A DNA stretch of 64,000 bases from an uncultured Verrucomicrobiae bacterium (lineage in GTDB: Bacteria > Verrucomicrobiota > Verrucomicrobiia > Chthoniobacterales > JAFAMB01). Shown piece after piece: positions 31,957-41,053 of the stretch. Made by a program: the position numbers and the translations under genes. Position 1 is the stretch's first letter. Every line of letters starts with the position of its first letter. The stretch covers positions 64,001 through 128,000 of the forward strand of contig CAWEXO010000004.1 in assembly GCA_963813025.1 (NCBI GenBank). Reading direction: 5' to 3'. The notes beneath the pieces are model-generated. The model worked only from the letters and a program-made list of their open reading frames with translations, was not told where the DNA came from and did no database searches.

Positions 31957-33732
31957 CTACTGATGTCCATCGATCGCCGGCTGATCTGTCTCCGAGTCTG
32001 GCACTTCAGGCAGTTTACGAACATCATAAATTTTTCCCCAATCGCCTTGGGCGACCACCGGACAAACGTCTTCCCAAGGCTGAGTGGAATCGGGGTAATA
32101 CATCTGCTCAAAACGTCCCCAGAAAATATAATCGACATTCAGCTTTTGACACAGAGCCGGCCACGCCGGATCGCCGCGCAGCAAACGGGTCAAGTCGACT
32201 TCGTAAGGTCGATAGACCAGACCGTGACTCCACAGATGTCCAGGAAATCCCAACACGACACGGTGCCCGGCGATCAGGAGCGGATGGTTATAAGTCGGAT
32301 AAACGGCAAACACGGCGCTCGGTGGAAACTTTGCCGTCGTGGCCGCCACCTCTTGCCACTCGCGCAGGTCGCCGATCGTATAGCCCTCTTTGGTATGAAT
32401 CGGGACCAGGCCGCCCGCCAGGCTGATTGCACCCGAAAAGAAAAGCAAGAAGAGGACCGGCGCCCGGGCAAGCCAGGGCCACCGGGAAAAAAAGGCTTTC
32501 CACAGACCGAACATCAAGACGAGGTAGGCCCACAAAAGCAATTTGGTATTGTCCCAGGCCCACGGAGCGAACCGGATAAACGCGCACGCCAGGAAAACCA
32601 CGGCCGCCGGAAAACAGAAAAGCCGTAGGGTCTGCCGGCGAGCACGTTCCATCGCCAACGCCGGAAAACAGAGGTAAACCAGCAACGCCAAAACAAGCGG
32701 CAAAAAGAAGCCAAAATTCTGGAGCCAGAAAAACCAAGCGGTTTGGTCGGGTGGCTGCAACCAACCCAGTTGCCAGCCGACCGCGTTTGTTCTTTCAAAT
32801 CCGGTCACAAAATAGACCAGGATGGAGGCGGGCACGAACGAGGCACCAACCAACTGTAGGAGATGCCGACGCCAGTTTGGATTTCCAAACACAAACCACC
32901 AGAGGAGAAGAAAAGAGAGGAAGAGAAAGGTGTGCAGATGGAACAGCGGCATCGAGGCGTACAAAAGCCACTCAGCCCAGAAAGGAAGAACTGGCTCGTC
33001 GGATCGTTCAAACAGTTTGCGGTACCAGTGCACCAGCAGGAGTAGACCTGCCGGGATGGCAAACAACAAACCGCGTTGGGTCACAAAGAGCGCCAACGGT
33101 ATTGATTTCCAGGCGAGATTCGCTTGATAGTCGACGAGTTGCCAACTCTGAAAGACGGCGAAACCGGCCAAACCGCCGTTAAACAAGAAGGCCGCGACGC
33201 CAAAGGGTCCGTTGAACAAAAAAAGCGCACGCAAGGTCAGGAGCGCGCCAGCAAACGCGCACAGAATGATCCCGAGTTTCGGCTCGATTCCGACCAGTTT
33301 GAGTAGGGCATTGAATAGATTTAACCCAAAAGGGTAGTGCAGACGGTCGAAAGCGTAGATCGGATTTTCGGGCCAAAAGCGAGGTCCGTGGGCGAAGTAG
33401 TTGATATGGGTGAGATGCAGACAAATGTCGCCGAGATTGTTGGGTGAGAGCACCTTGACGAGACCGTCCTGGACAAAAATCACGCGGTAAAACGCGCGCA
33501 CGGAAAACAAAATAAAGGCCGCGGCCATGAGGACATGGATCGAAGAAATGTTCAGCTGAGAAAGGCGAGGGGGCTCCTTTCGGAGAAAAGTGGCCAGAGC
33601 CGCCACGAGCAGACCCAGAGAAAGACTCAGGCCGGCTGTCAAAGGCGTCAGGCCTAGCGGGGTGAAACCAAAGACTAAGCCCAGGAGCGTCGCTAGCGCG
33701 ACCCAGGCAAGAGAACACAGAGAAATTTTCAT
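31957..33732 (-). CDS. Polytopic membrane protein, probable GT-C-fold glycosyltransferase
   Basis: Many TM segments; first loop NNLGDICLHLTHI..FWPENP..LHYP, plus WAWDNTK and a soluble C-terminal VDYIFWGRFE. Confidence 0.6.
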   Translation of the reverse strand: MKISLCSLAWVALATLLGLVFGFTPLGLTPLTAGLSLSLGLLVAALATFLRKEPPRLSQLNISSIHVLMAAAFILFSVRAFYRVIFVQDGLVKVLSPNNLGDICLHLTHINYFAHGPRFWPENPIYAFDRLHYPFGLNLFNALLKLVGIEPKLGIILCAFAGALLTLRALFLFNGPFGVAAFLFNGGLAGFAVFQSWQLVDYQANLAWKSIPLALFVTQRGLLFAIPAGLLLLVHWYRKLFERSDEPVLPFWAEWLLYASMPLFHLHTFLFLSFLLLWWFVFGNPNWRRHLLQLVGASFVPASILVYFVTGFERTNAVGWQLGWLQPPDQTAWFFWLQNFGFFLPLVLALLVYLCFPALAMERARRQTLRLFCFPAAVVFLACAFIRFAPWAWDNTKLLLWAYLVLMFGLWKAFFSRWPWLARAPVLFLLFFSGAISLAGGLVPIHTKEGYTIGDLREWQEVAATTAKFPPSAVFAVYPTYNHPLLIAGHRVVLGFPGHLWSHGLVYRPYEVDLTRLLRGDPAWPALCQKLNVDYIFWGRFEQMYYPDSTQPWEDVCPVVAQGDWGKIYDVRKLPEVPDSETDQPAIDGHQ

Positions 33733-35323
33733 TGGGGAACTGGCAGCCGGACGGAAGTCGGGTTCTTGGTCCGGGAAAATGTCTTTAAACGTGGAGTAGC
33801 GGTAATAGCCACGACATTCGCCCATGCCGTCTCGCAGCCGGAAATTTACGGTGAAATAGCGGGTACCTCAGCTTGGACTCAAGAGTCGCCGCGCTGGTTT
33901 CTTCTACCGCGATAAAGTCGGCGTTCGGATCCGTCGGGCCAGCGGTCGTCACTGTTGTAATAGCCAACATTGACGAAATCGCCCAGCACCCATGGGATAG
34001 GAAAATAACTCGATAGTAAAATCAAGCCATGCACTCGCGAAGTCGCGCTCTGGATCGCGCTCCGCCAACGCGAGGATCGGGTTTGTAAACCTTTCGTAGT
34101 CACGAAAGGTCTGTACGTAAACGTACGGTTCTTTCGGGTTATCAAACCGCAGAAAGTTGACTTGATACGAGCGCCAACCGTCGTGGGCAAGCAAGCCGGC
34201 GGCAACGAAGCCGCCAGCCAGCGGGTTTACTCGTGTGCGAACGAAATCGACAAGGTCGGCACCGATGAGTAGGTAGGGCCAGGCGATCGAGATGATACAC
34301 CACGGAGTCTTATACGGAATGATACTGTAGACCAGCAGCGCGCCGGCTGCGTAAATCGCAAGGTAACGGAGCACAGCATGCCCGCCGAAAACGTACCGCA
34401 CACTGAAGAACTAGCCCACCGAGACAGAACCATTCGTATACCGTCAAAAGTTTTACCCAGTACCAGTTAAGCCGGAGAGCAGCCAAATGGGAGAGTGGTC
34501 CGTGACTTGTCAGGAAATGGGGTAGCAGCGGCACCAGGTCATAATCCGGTTTGCCGTGACCGGCCGATTCCAAGCCGGTTTTGGCCCAGGGAGTGAAGGT
34601 CTGGAACAAGCCTTTCAGCCCGGACCAGTGCAGAAAATTCCCGGAATAGAAAAACACCAGGAGCAATATACCGATGCCTGAGGCGATCCACAGATGAGCG
34701 GTGAGAAGCGGCTGAGGAGTTCGTGGGAGCCAACCGGTGGATGGGCGGATCTTGTTAAGATACCAAAAAGTCGGCACCGCGGCGGCGAAGGCGAGGAAAT
34801 GGAGCAAATAAGTCTCTTTGGTCAGAATTGCTCCGGTGATGCCGAGCACCAACGCCCAAGCTGAACGCTTTCTCGGAGCGGAGTAGAGGTCCAGCGCTGC
34901 CCAGAGTATCGTGAGCAGGAAAAAAACCAGCCAGCTTTCGTGAATGGAATAACGGTTATAGAAGAGAAATCCGGGAGAGACCGCCATCGCCAAGGCAGCC
35001 AGATAAGCAATATGCGCGCCGACAAAACGGCGGAACCCCGTCAGGAGCCAGACCGTCGCGATACCAACCAGAACAACCGGCAGCCGCAGCGCCCAGAGGT
35101 TTCGACCGAGCAAATGCAGCGAAACAAACAGAACATAAAAATGAAGAGGTCCGTGATAGTTGCTGGGATCATAGGCATAGAACCCATTCTTGGACATCTG
35201 GTCGCAGAACCAACCATTGATGCCCTCGTCGAAATGAGGCGGTTTAAGATCGAGAAAGGCCAGACGCAACGCCGCGGCAAGCACCACGATAGCGACCGGT
35301 ATTACAGTTTGTCGTTTGCCCAT
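33729..35323 (-). CDS. Agl23/TIGR03663-like GT-C (PMT/ArnT-like) membrane protein; several indels (~34400, ~34020, ~33860)
   Basis: LRLAFLDLKPPHFDEG, YDPSNYHGP, YNRYSIHE, TKE, YSIIPYKTPW and PYVYVQT spread over consecutive frames. Confidence 0.75.
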
Positions 35324-35481
35324 GAAAAAAGAATCACCTTGGCGGGAAAGGACTAGCGAGGCCGCGCCTCAGACCGACGAGTTTTTGCCGGAAAAAGGAG
35401 GCCTGGAGCCAAACCCCTTGTCTGGCGGCCTCGCTGTACAGAGTCCTGGAAAGGTGAAGAAAAGAATAAGCTGAGAAAAGT

Positions 35482-35544
35482 CCTTGAAAAACAGCCAACT
35501 GACCCCGCGGCGACGTCATCGTTATATATGAGACGGCGCACTAG
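35482..35544. mobile_element. Diverged right end of the 21118-21396 MITE
   Basis: ccttgaaaaacagccaactgacc...tatatgagacggcgcactag. Confidence 0.8.
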
Positions 35545-35664
35545 CTACTCACGGCGTCTGAAGTGCCCGGTAGAAGCTCGTCGAATTTGTGCGCACCAGT
35601 CAGTTGTGGCATGGGTTGTGTCCGATTGGCTCCAACCGGCGCAGTTATATATGCGATCTCATTC

Positions 35665-36456
35665 ATGATGTCCAAACAGATTCGACCTCACCTTTCCCTG
35701 ATTATTCCTGCCTATAATGAGGCGCATCGTTTGCCGGCAACATTGCAGGAACTGATTCGCCATCGCCAGTTCTGGTCCTTCAATTTCGAGATTCTGGTGG
35801 TAGTTGAACCGAGTACTGATGGAACGCTCGAATGTGCCGAAAAAGGACGGTGTGCCTTTCCGGAATTGCGAATCATTGCTAACCAGGTACACCGCGGTAA
35901 GGGATACGCAGTGCGAACCGGTATGCTCGCTGCGCTGGGAGAGATTGTTGCCTTTACGGATGCTGATCTCAGCACTCCTCTCGTGGATCTCGATCGAGCG
36001 ATCACGCTTTTCCACGAACGGCCGGAGATCGACGTGATTGTGGGGAATCGACAACACCCGGATAGCCAGATTTTATTGCATCAGAGCATCCTGCGTGAGC
36101 TGCTGGGGAAGACCTTTAATCGGTTTGTCCAGTTGCTCTCTGGCTTGCGAATCAAGGATACGCAGTGCGGTTTTAAAGGGTTTCGGGCGGATGCGGCACA
36201 GGAAATCTTTCGGCATCAAAAGATTGATGGCTTTGCGTTCGATGTCGAGGTGCTGCTGCTGGCTCAGGCCCTGGATTTGCAAATTCTCGAGATGCCGGTG
36301 CACTGGTCCAATTCACCGGACTCGAAGGTGCATGTGGTCAACGATAGTCTTCGCATGCTCCGCGAAATCCTGGTGATGCGACGAAAGGTCCGCGCGCGGA
36401 TAGCGAAAACCGTGAACAGCGTGAGTGAAGAGGCTGCCGCGAAAACATCAACCTAG
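35665..36456 (+). CDS. GT2 polyprenyl/dolichyl-phosphate glucosyltransferase-like (Alg5/DPG synthase type)
   Basis: SLIIPAYNE, GKGYAVRTGM, FTDADLSTP, DTQCGFK and FAFDVEVL. Confidence 0.9.
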   Translation: MMSKQIRPHLSLIIPAYNEAHRLPATLQELIRHRQFWSFNFEILVVVEPSTDGTLECAEKGRCAFPELRIIANQVHRGKGYAVRTGMLAALGEIVAFTDADLSTPLVDLDRAITLFHERPEIDVIVGNRQHPDSQILLHQSILRELLGKTFNRFVQLLSGLRIKDTQCGFKGFRADAAQEIFRHQKIDGFAFDVEVLLLAQALDLQILEMPVHWSNSPDSKVHVVNDSLRMLREILVMRRKVRARIAKTVNSVSEEAAAKTST

Positions 36457-36506
36457 CTTACGCCGCGCGTTTTGCTTTTTGTGGCGAGTGATGTCACGGT
36501 TTCAGC

Positions 36507-37055
36507 GTGAGTCTGACCAAAACGCTGGATCCAAATATCTCGATGTCTGAGCTGCTGGCCGAATATCCCGGCGCCCAAAGAGCTCTTTTCCGTGCCTATC
36601 ATATCGGCGGTTGCGCGAGTTGCGGTTTTCAGCCGAACGAGACTTTGGCCGAGGTTTGCCAAAGGAACGACAATCTTCCGGTGAATGAAGTCATCGCCAC
36701 AATTTTAGACGCGCAAGAAGCCGACCGGCAGCTCCAGGTTGCACCAGCAGCAGTAGCTGATCGTCTGAGTCGCGGTGAGCCCCTTCGCTTGATCGATGTG
36801 CGGAGCCGGGAAGAATGGGATGCCGTTCACATACCGGATTCGACCTTTCTCAGCCAGGAACTAATGCAAGAGATGATCACCAGCTGGCCGAAAGACCAGG
36901 AATTGGTTTTTGTTTGTCATCACGGTGTGCGAAGCCTTGACGCCGCGGCCTACTTCCGAGGTCACGGCTTTACGAATGCTCGCTCTCTTTCCGGCGGAAT
37001 TGATCAATGGAGCGTAGAGGTTGATCAAAAGCTTCCTCGCTACGATATTGAATGA
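36507..37055 (+). CDS. Rhodanese-domain protein with an N-terminal CxxC (DUF1858-like) domain
   Basis: YPGAQRALF..YHIGGCASCG; LIDVR..EW, VCHHGVRS and LSGGIDQW. Confidence 0.85.
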   Translation: MSLTKTLDPNISMSELLAEYPGAQRALFRAYHIGGCASCGFQPNETLAEVCQRNDNLPVNEVIATILDAQEADRQLQVAPAAVADRLSRGEPLRLIDVRSREEWDAVHIPDSTFLSQELMQEMITSWPKDQELVFVCHHGVRSLDAAAYFRGHGFTNARSLSGGIDQWSVEVDQKLPRYDIE

Positions 37056-37058
37056 TTG

Positions 37059-37535
37059 ATGACTGACGATTTTGCTAAACGTGTCGAGACCGCTTTAAAG
37101 AGCCCAAAAAACCTGGGCGAGCTGGCTGACGCTGACGCTGTTGGGACGGTCGGCAACGCCGATTGCGGTGATATGCTGAGGATGTGGGTAAAATTTCGCG
37201 AGGAGAATGGCCAACGCGTCATCGATAAGGCGACGTTCCAGACCTTCGGCTGCGAGACGGCGATCGCTGTGGCAAGCTTGGCAACTGAAATGATTGCCGG
37301 TAAGACGATAGACGAGGCTCTGACAATGTCCGGTCGGGACCTGGCCGCCCCACTGGGACCACTGCCTCCCGTGAAAATCCATTGTGCGCAGATGGTCGAA
37401 AGCGCGCTCCGTTCCGCTTTGGCTCCGGACGACAAAGAGCGCCCCACCTCAGCTCACACCGTCGCGCCGACTCTGCTTGAGCAATTTAAGGGAGAGAATT
37501 CCCTCAGGATCGAAAATAGTCTTGAAAACTCCTGA
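37059..37535 (+). CDS. IscU/NifU-N-like Fe-S scaffold
   Basis: PKNLG, GNADCGD, FQTFGC and KIHC (three conserved Cys). Confidence 0.9.
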   Translation: MTDDFAKRVETALKSPKNLGELADADAVGTVGNADCGDMLRMWVKFREENGQRVIDKATFQTFGCETAIAVASLATEMIAGKTIDEALTMSGRDLAAPLGPLPPVKIHCAQMVESALRSALAPDDKERPTSAHTVAPTLLEQFKGENSLRIENSLENS

Positions 37536-38083
37536 TGAACGAACAAACGGAAATTGAGCTTAAACGGGATTGCGAAGCGATCCAGATCCCCGCTGGTTTG
37601 AAAACGACAATTCCAGCAGGCACTAGGATTATTATTACCCAAAGTCTCGGCGGAAGTTATACCATTGCCTGCGATTACGGCTTGTTTCGCATCAACGAAG
37701 AGCATGCGGATGCCTTAGGTTTGGAGGCGCGAAGTTTCGAAGGTAAAAAGGAGCGAGAGCACCGAAGAGGTTGACGAAGACGAGGTTTGGGAGCAACTCC
37801 GTACGGTTTACGATCCGGAAATTCCGGTAAACATCGTTGACCTAGGGCTGGTGTACGATTGTCAGGTCACCAAAGCGGAAGACGCGAGTACCCGGGTCGA
37901 CGTCAAGATGACCTTGACTGCTCCGGGCTGCGGGATGGGTCCAGCGATCGCGCAAGATGCTCGCGTCGAAGATTTTAACGATACCCGGAGTTGATGAAGC
38001 ACAAGTCGAGCTCGTCTGGGACCCGCCCTGGAACCAGCACATGATCAGCGAAGCCGGGAAAGATGAAACTCGGCTTTGTGTGA
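37535..38083 (+). CDS. sufT: Putative Fe-S assembly protein SufT (DUF59); contains indels
   Basis: [21 protein letters not shown], then in shifted frames [30 protein letters not shown] and VWDPPW. Confidence 0.88.
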
Positions 38084-38215
38084 TTAACAACTTCGATGAA
38101 TGATGAACCGATGAACTGAAAAAAGAGGTCTTTGTCATTGCGTTTGCCGGTTTCAGCTCGGCGACTTTCCATTGACGATTTCAGCGGTATCTTGTGCGTT
38201 CCAACGGAAACATTT

Positions 38216-38371
38216 ATGTCACAACATCGGAGTTTGAAAGGGGCGAGTACCATTCAGACAAAGCGTAACGTGCTAAAACGCTTTGAACGGGTGGAGCTGC
38301 TGAAGAAACGGGGACAATTCAAATCGGGCGACAAAGTGATCGGCTTGCCGAAAACCAAGCCTGATGCCTGA
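38216..38371 (+). CDS. PVC-superphylum signature small basic protein
   Basis: MSQHRSLK....KRNVLKRFERVELLKKRG......VIGLPKTK, 51 aa. Confidence 0.9.
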   Translation: MSQHRSLKGASTIQTKRNVLKRFERVELLKKRGQFKSGDKVIGLPKTKPDA

Positions 38372-38443
38372 TCGGGTGACTTTTCGTAACTTGACTACCG
38401 GTGCGCCACATCCGGGCCGGCGCCAGGACTCGCAATTGCACGT

Positions 38444-39195
38444 GTGCGACTGAACCGTTTTCTCGCACTCGCCGGGTTGGGGTCACGCAGGTCAACCGAA
38501 GCGCTGATTCGGGAAGGTCGCGTGTCGGTAAATGGACGGTTGTGTGAGAACCTCGGCACAAATGTCGCCGAAACTGACCAGGTAAAGGTTGATGGGCGAG
38601 CGTTCGCCGGAAACCTTCTCCTACATCCTTTTTTACAAGCCGCGCGGTTACGAAGTGACCCGCGGCAAGACGGGCATCAGGAAACACGATTTATCGTCTT
38701 TTACCCCGAACGTTACACCATTTGGCCCACGTTGGCCGCCTGGACGTTGACTCCGAAGGATTGCTGCTCTTGACCAATGATGGCGAACTCACGCAACGGA
38801 TCTCGCATCCGCGATTCAAACTCGAGAAAGAATATCTCGTAAAGCTAGATCGGCCATTTGATCCTGCCGATCTTTCGCGCGTGCTTCGCGGCGTTTACCT
38901 TTCCGAAGGCCGCGCTCGCTTTGAGAAAGTCGTCAATCGCGGAGGCAAGGTGGTTGGGGTGATCCTTACCCAGGGTAGGAATCGCCAAATTCGTCGCGTA
39001 TTTGCCTCTTTGAATTATAAAGTCAGGGAACTCGCCAGAGTGCGGATCGGACCCCTGACTCGATCTGGGCTCAAGCCCGGCCATTTTCGGAAATTGAAAT
39101 CAGAGGAGATCCGCCTTTTGAAAAACTTTCGTCCGGCAAGCACTGATATCACGGGCTCTGCCCGGCGGAGGCGCGCGCGTCAGCCAGCTCATTGA
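38444..39195 (+). CDS. RsuA/RluB-family rRNA pseudouridine synthase; contains indels
   Basis: S4 domain MRLNRFLALAGLGSRR, then KPRGY, VGRLDVDSEGLLLLTNDG and GRNRQIRR. Confidence 0.92.
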
Positions 39196-40081
39196 AGAAA
39201 TCGGCCGCCAGAGGGAAAGCGCTCGCCGGATCGACTGCCTGGTATCCTTGAGAACGAAACCAGGTGAACTGACGACGAGCGTACTGCCGTGTTTGCGCGC
39301 AAATATTTTCGTGGCAGGCGTCAAACGAAAGTTTTCCGCAGAGATATTCCCCGATGAATCGAAAACCGATCATCCGAGCCGCGCCGGTGCGCAAGCCTGA
39401 GTGGTCGGCCGCCTCCTCGACGGCTCCCTGGGCTAACATTTGGCTTACCCGCTCCTTGATGCGTTCATCCAGCGCCCAACGGGGCCGGTCAAGGAATACG
39501 GCTTTCCACCGGTTGCCGGAGCTGGATCGCCGGAAACTGGAGAAGCGCTTTCCGGTCAAAAGACACACCTCGAGCGCTCGGACGATCCGGCGCGGATTAC
39601 TTCGGTCGATATTGGCAAGAGAGTCCGGATCGAGGATTTGCAGCTCCGCGAGCAGGGAGGCCAGCGGCCGTCGGGCTAACCGTTCCCGCAACGCCGAGTC
39701 AGCCGGGGGGAGCACGGGCAGCGAGTGGGTGAGTGCCTGAAGATAAAAGCCGGCGCCTCCGACAACCAGCGGAACGATGCCTGCTCGATTTAGATCGCGA
39801 ATCTTGCTGCCAGCGAGTCGGGCAAAACGGAATGCGTCGAAATTGTCCGCGGCCTCGACAAAACTGAGCAGGTGGTGGGGAACAGTCGCGAGTTCCTCCA
39901 AAGCCGGCTTGGCCGCGAGCACATCAAAGCCCTTGTACATTTGGAAAACATCGGCGTTCAGAATCTCGGTGTGGCAGGCCTGTGCCAGGCTTACGGCAAA
40001 GGCTGATTTTCCGACGACCGTCGGTCCGGCAATAATCACGAATCGGAGATCGGCAAGTGGTATTTCGGAGACTGTTGTCAT
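39149..40081 (-). CDS. miaA: tRNA dimethylallyltransferase
   Basis: AGPTVVGKS, AKP..VPHHL, VVGGAGFY, RRIVRALEV and TRQYARRQFTWF. Confidence 0.95.
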   Translation of the reverse strand: MTTVSEIPLADLRFVIIAGPTVVGKSAFAVSLAQACHTEILNADVFQMYKGFDVLAAKPALEELATVPHHLLSFVEAADNFDAFRFARLAGSKIRDLNRAGIVPLVVGGAGFYLQALTHSLPVLPPADSALRERLARRPLASLLAELQILDPDSLANIDRSNPRRIVRALEVCLLTGKRFSSFRRSSSGNRWKAVFLDRPRWALDERIKERVSQMLAQGAVEEAADHSGLRTGAARMIGFRFIGEYLCGKLSFDACHENICAQTRQYARRQFTWFRSQGYQAVDPASAFPLAADFFNELADARASAGQSP

Positions 40082-40084
40082 ACG

Positions 40085-40123
40085 AAAACAAAAACCCGCA
40101 CTCAACTTGTGAGCGCGGGTTTT
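40085..40123 (-). terminator. Intrinsic terminator after the RRM gene
   Basis: Minus strand reads CCCGCGCTCA-caagt-TGAGTGCGGG followed by TTTTTGTTTT. Confidence 0.8.
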
Positions 40124-40144
40124 GAAACCTTCGGAACGAACTTG

Positions 40145-40651
40145 CTACGCCGCTCGTTCCATATCAGGCGTCTTCGCGCCGCTGACGACCAGCTTTCGGC
40201 CGAGAAACTCCTTATCATGGAGTTCCTCAACCGCACGACGCGCCTCGTCGATGGTTGTCATCTGGACGAAGGCAAAACCTTTCGAGCGTTGGGTATACTT
40301 ATGAGAGACGATCTCCGCATTCCGAACTTGACCGACGCCTTTAAATAGCTCGAACAGGTCGCTCTCGGTAGCGTCGAAGGAGAGATTGCCCACATAAAGC
40401 TTCGGCGAAGTTACCTCAATGAGTTCAGGCTTACGGCTGATCCTCTCTTTCGGCGCGGCTTTTGGAACCGGCTTTTCAGCCGATTTGACCGGCACAGATG
40501 GTTGCGAGCCCCGGAAAAAGACCAGGATTCGCTGCCAAAAAGTCGGCTTTGGCTTCGGGGAAGCAACGGGGCTGCTGGCTGCGTAGCTTGAACGTTTGCG
40601 GCGACCTCGGCGAGATCGTCGTCCTTGATAGTGCATAGATTGGGATTTCAT
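40145..40651 (-). CDS. RRM (RNP-1) RNA-binding protein with a basic N-terminal extension
   Basis: RNP2 LYVGNLSF and RNP1 KGFAFVQM. Confidence 0.93.
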   Translation of the reverse strand: MKSQSMHYQGRRSRRGRRKRSSYAASSPVASPKPKPTFWQRILVFFRGSQPSVPVKSAEKPVPKAAPKERISRKPELIEVTSPKLYVGNLSFDATESDLFELFKGVGQVRNAEIVSHKYTQRSKGFAFVQMTTIDEARRAVEELHDKEFLGRKLVVSGAKTPDMERAA

Positions 40652-41053
40652 TTCATAACTGGATTCTGAAGTTCATCAGGCGAAGGCATGCACTTTGCAT
40701 ACTGAGAAAGAACAGTTTGGGCGGAACTTAGCCCCTAAAACCCAAGGCCTTCACCGCAACATCCAGGAGCATCGGGCGGCTGTGGAAGGTGAGCACCCGG
40801 ACTTGGAACCATTCCGCCCCAGACAAGTCTGTCTGCGGAAGGTCTAGCCCGACTTTGTGCGCCAGCGCCCAAACAGATTCTAGGCCCACGACAACCCCAA
40901 GCCCGGCATCTCCCGTGTTACAACATCTATATAATAGAAGGAACCTCGTCGGGCAACTGTTTTGCGCGTGCACTGGATTGGCAGGGGGAGCGCCAGTACT
41001 AGTGTCAGTTGGGACCCATCAGGTCCCTCCGGCATCTCTGAAGCGGAGAAAGG

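Noticed and set aside
35545..35615. Possible IS66 transposase C-terminal scrap (MPQLTGAHKFDELLP, minus strand)
   Set aside because: Too short to distinguish from chance.
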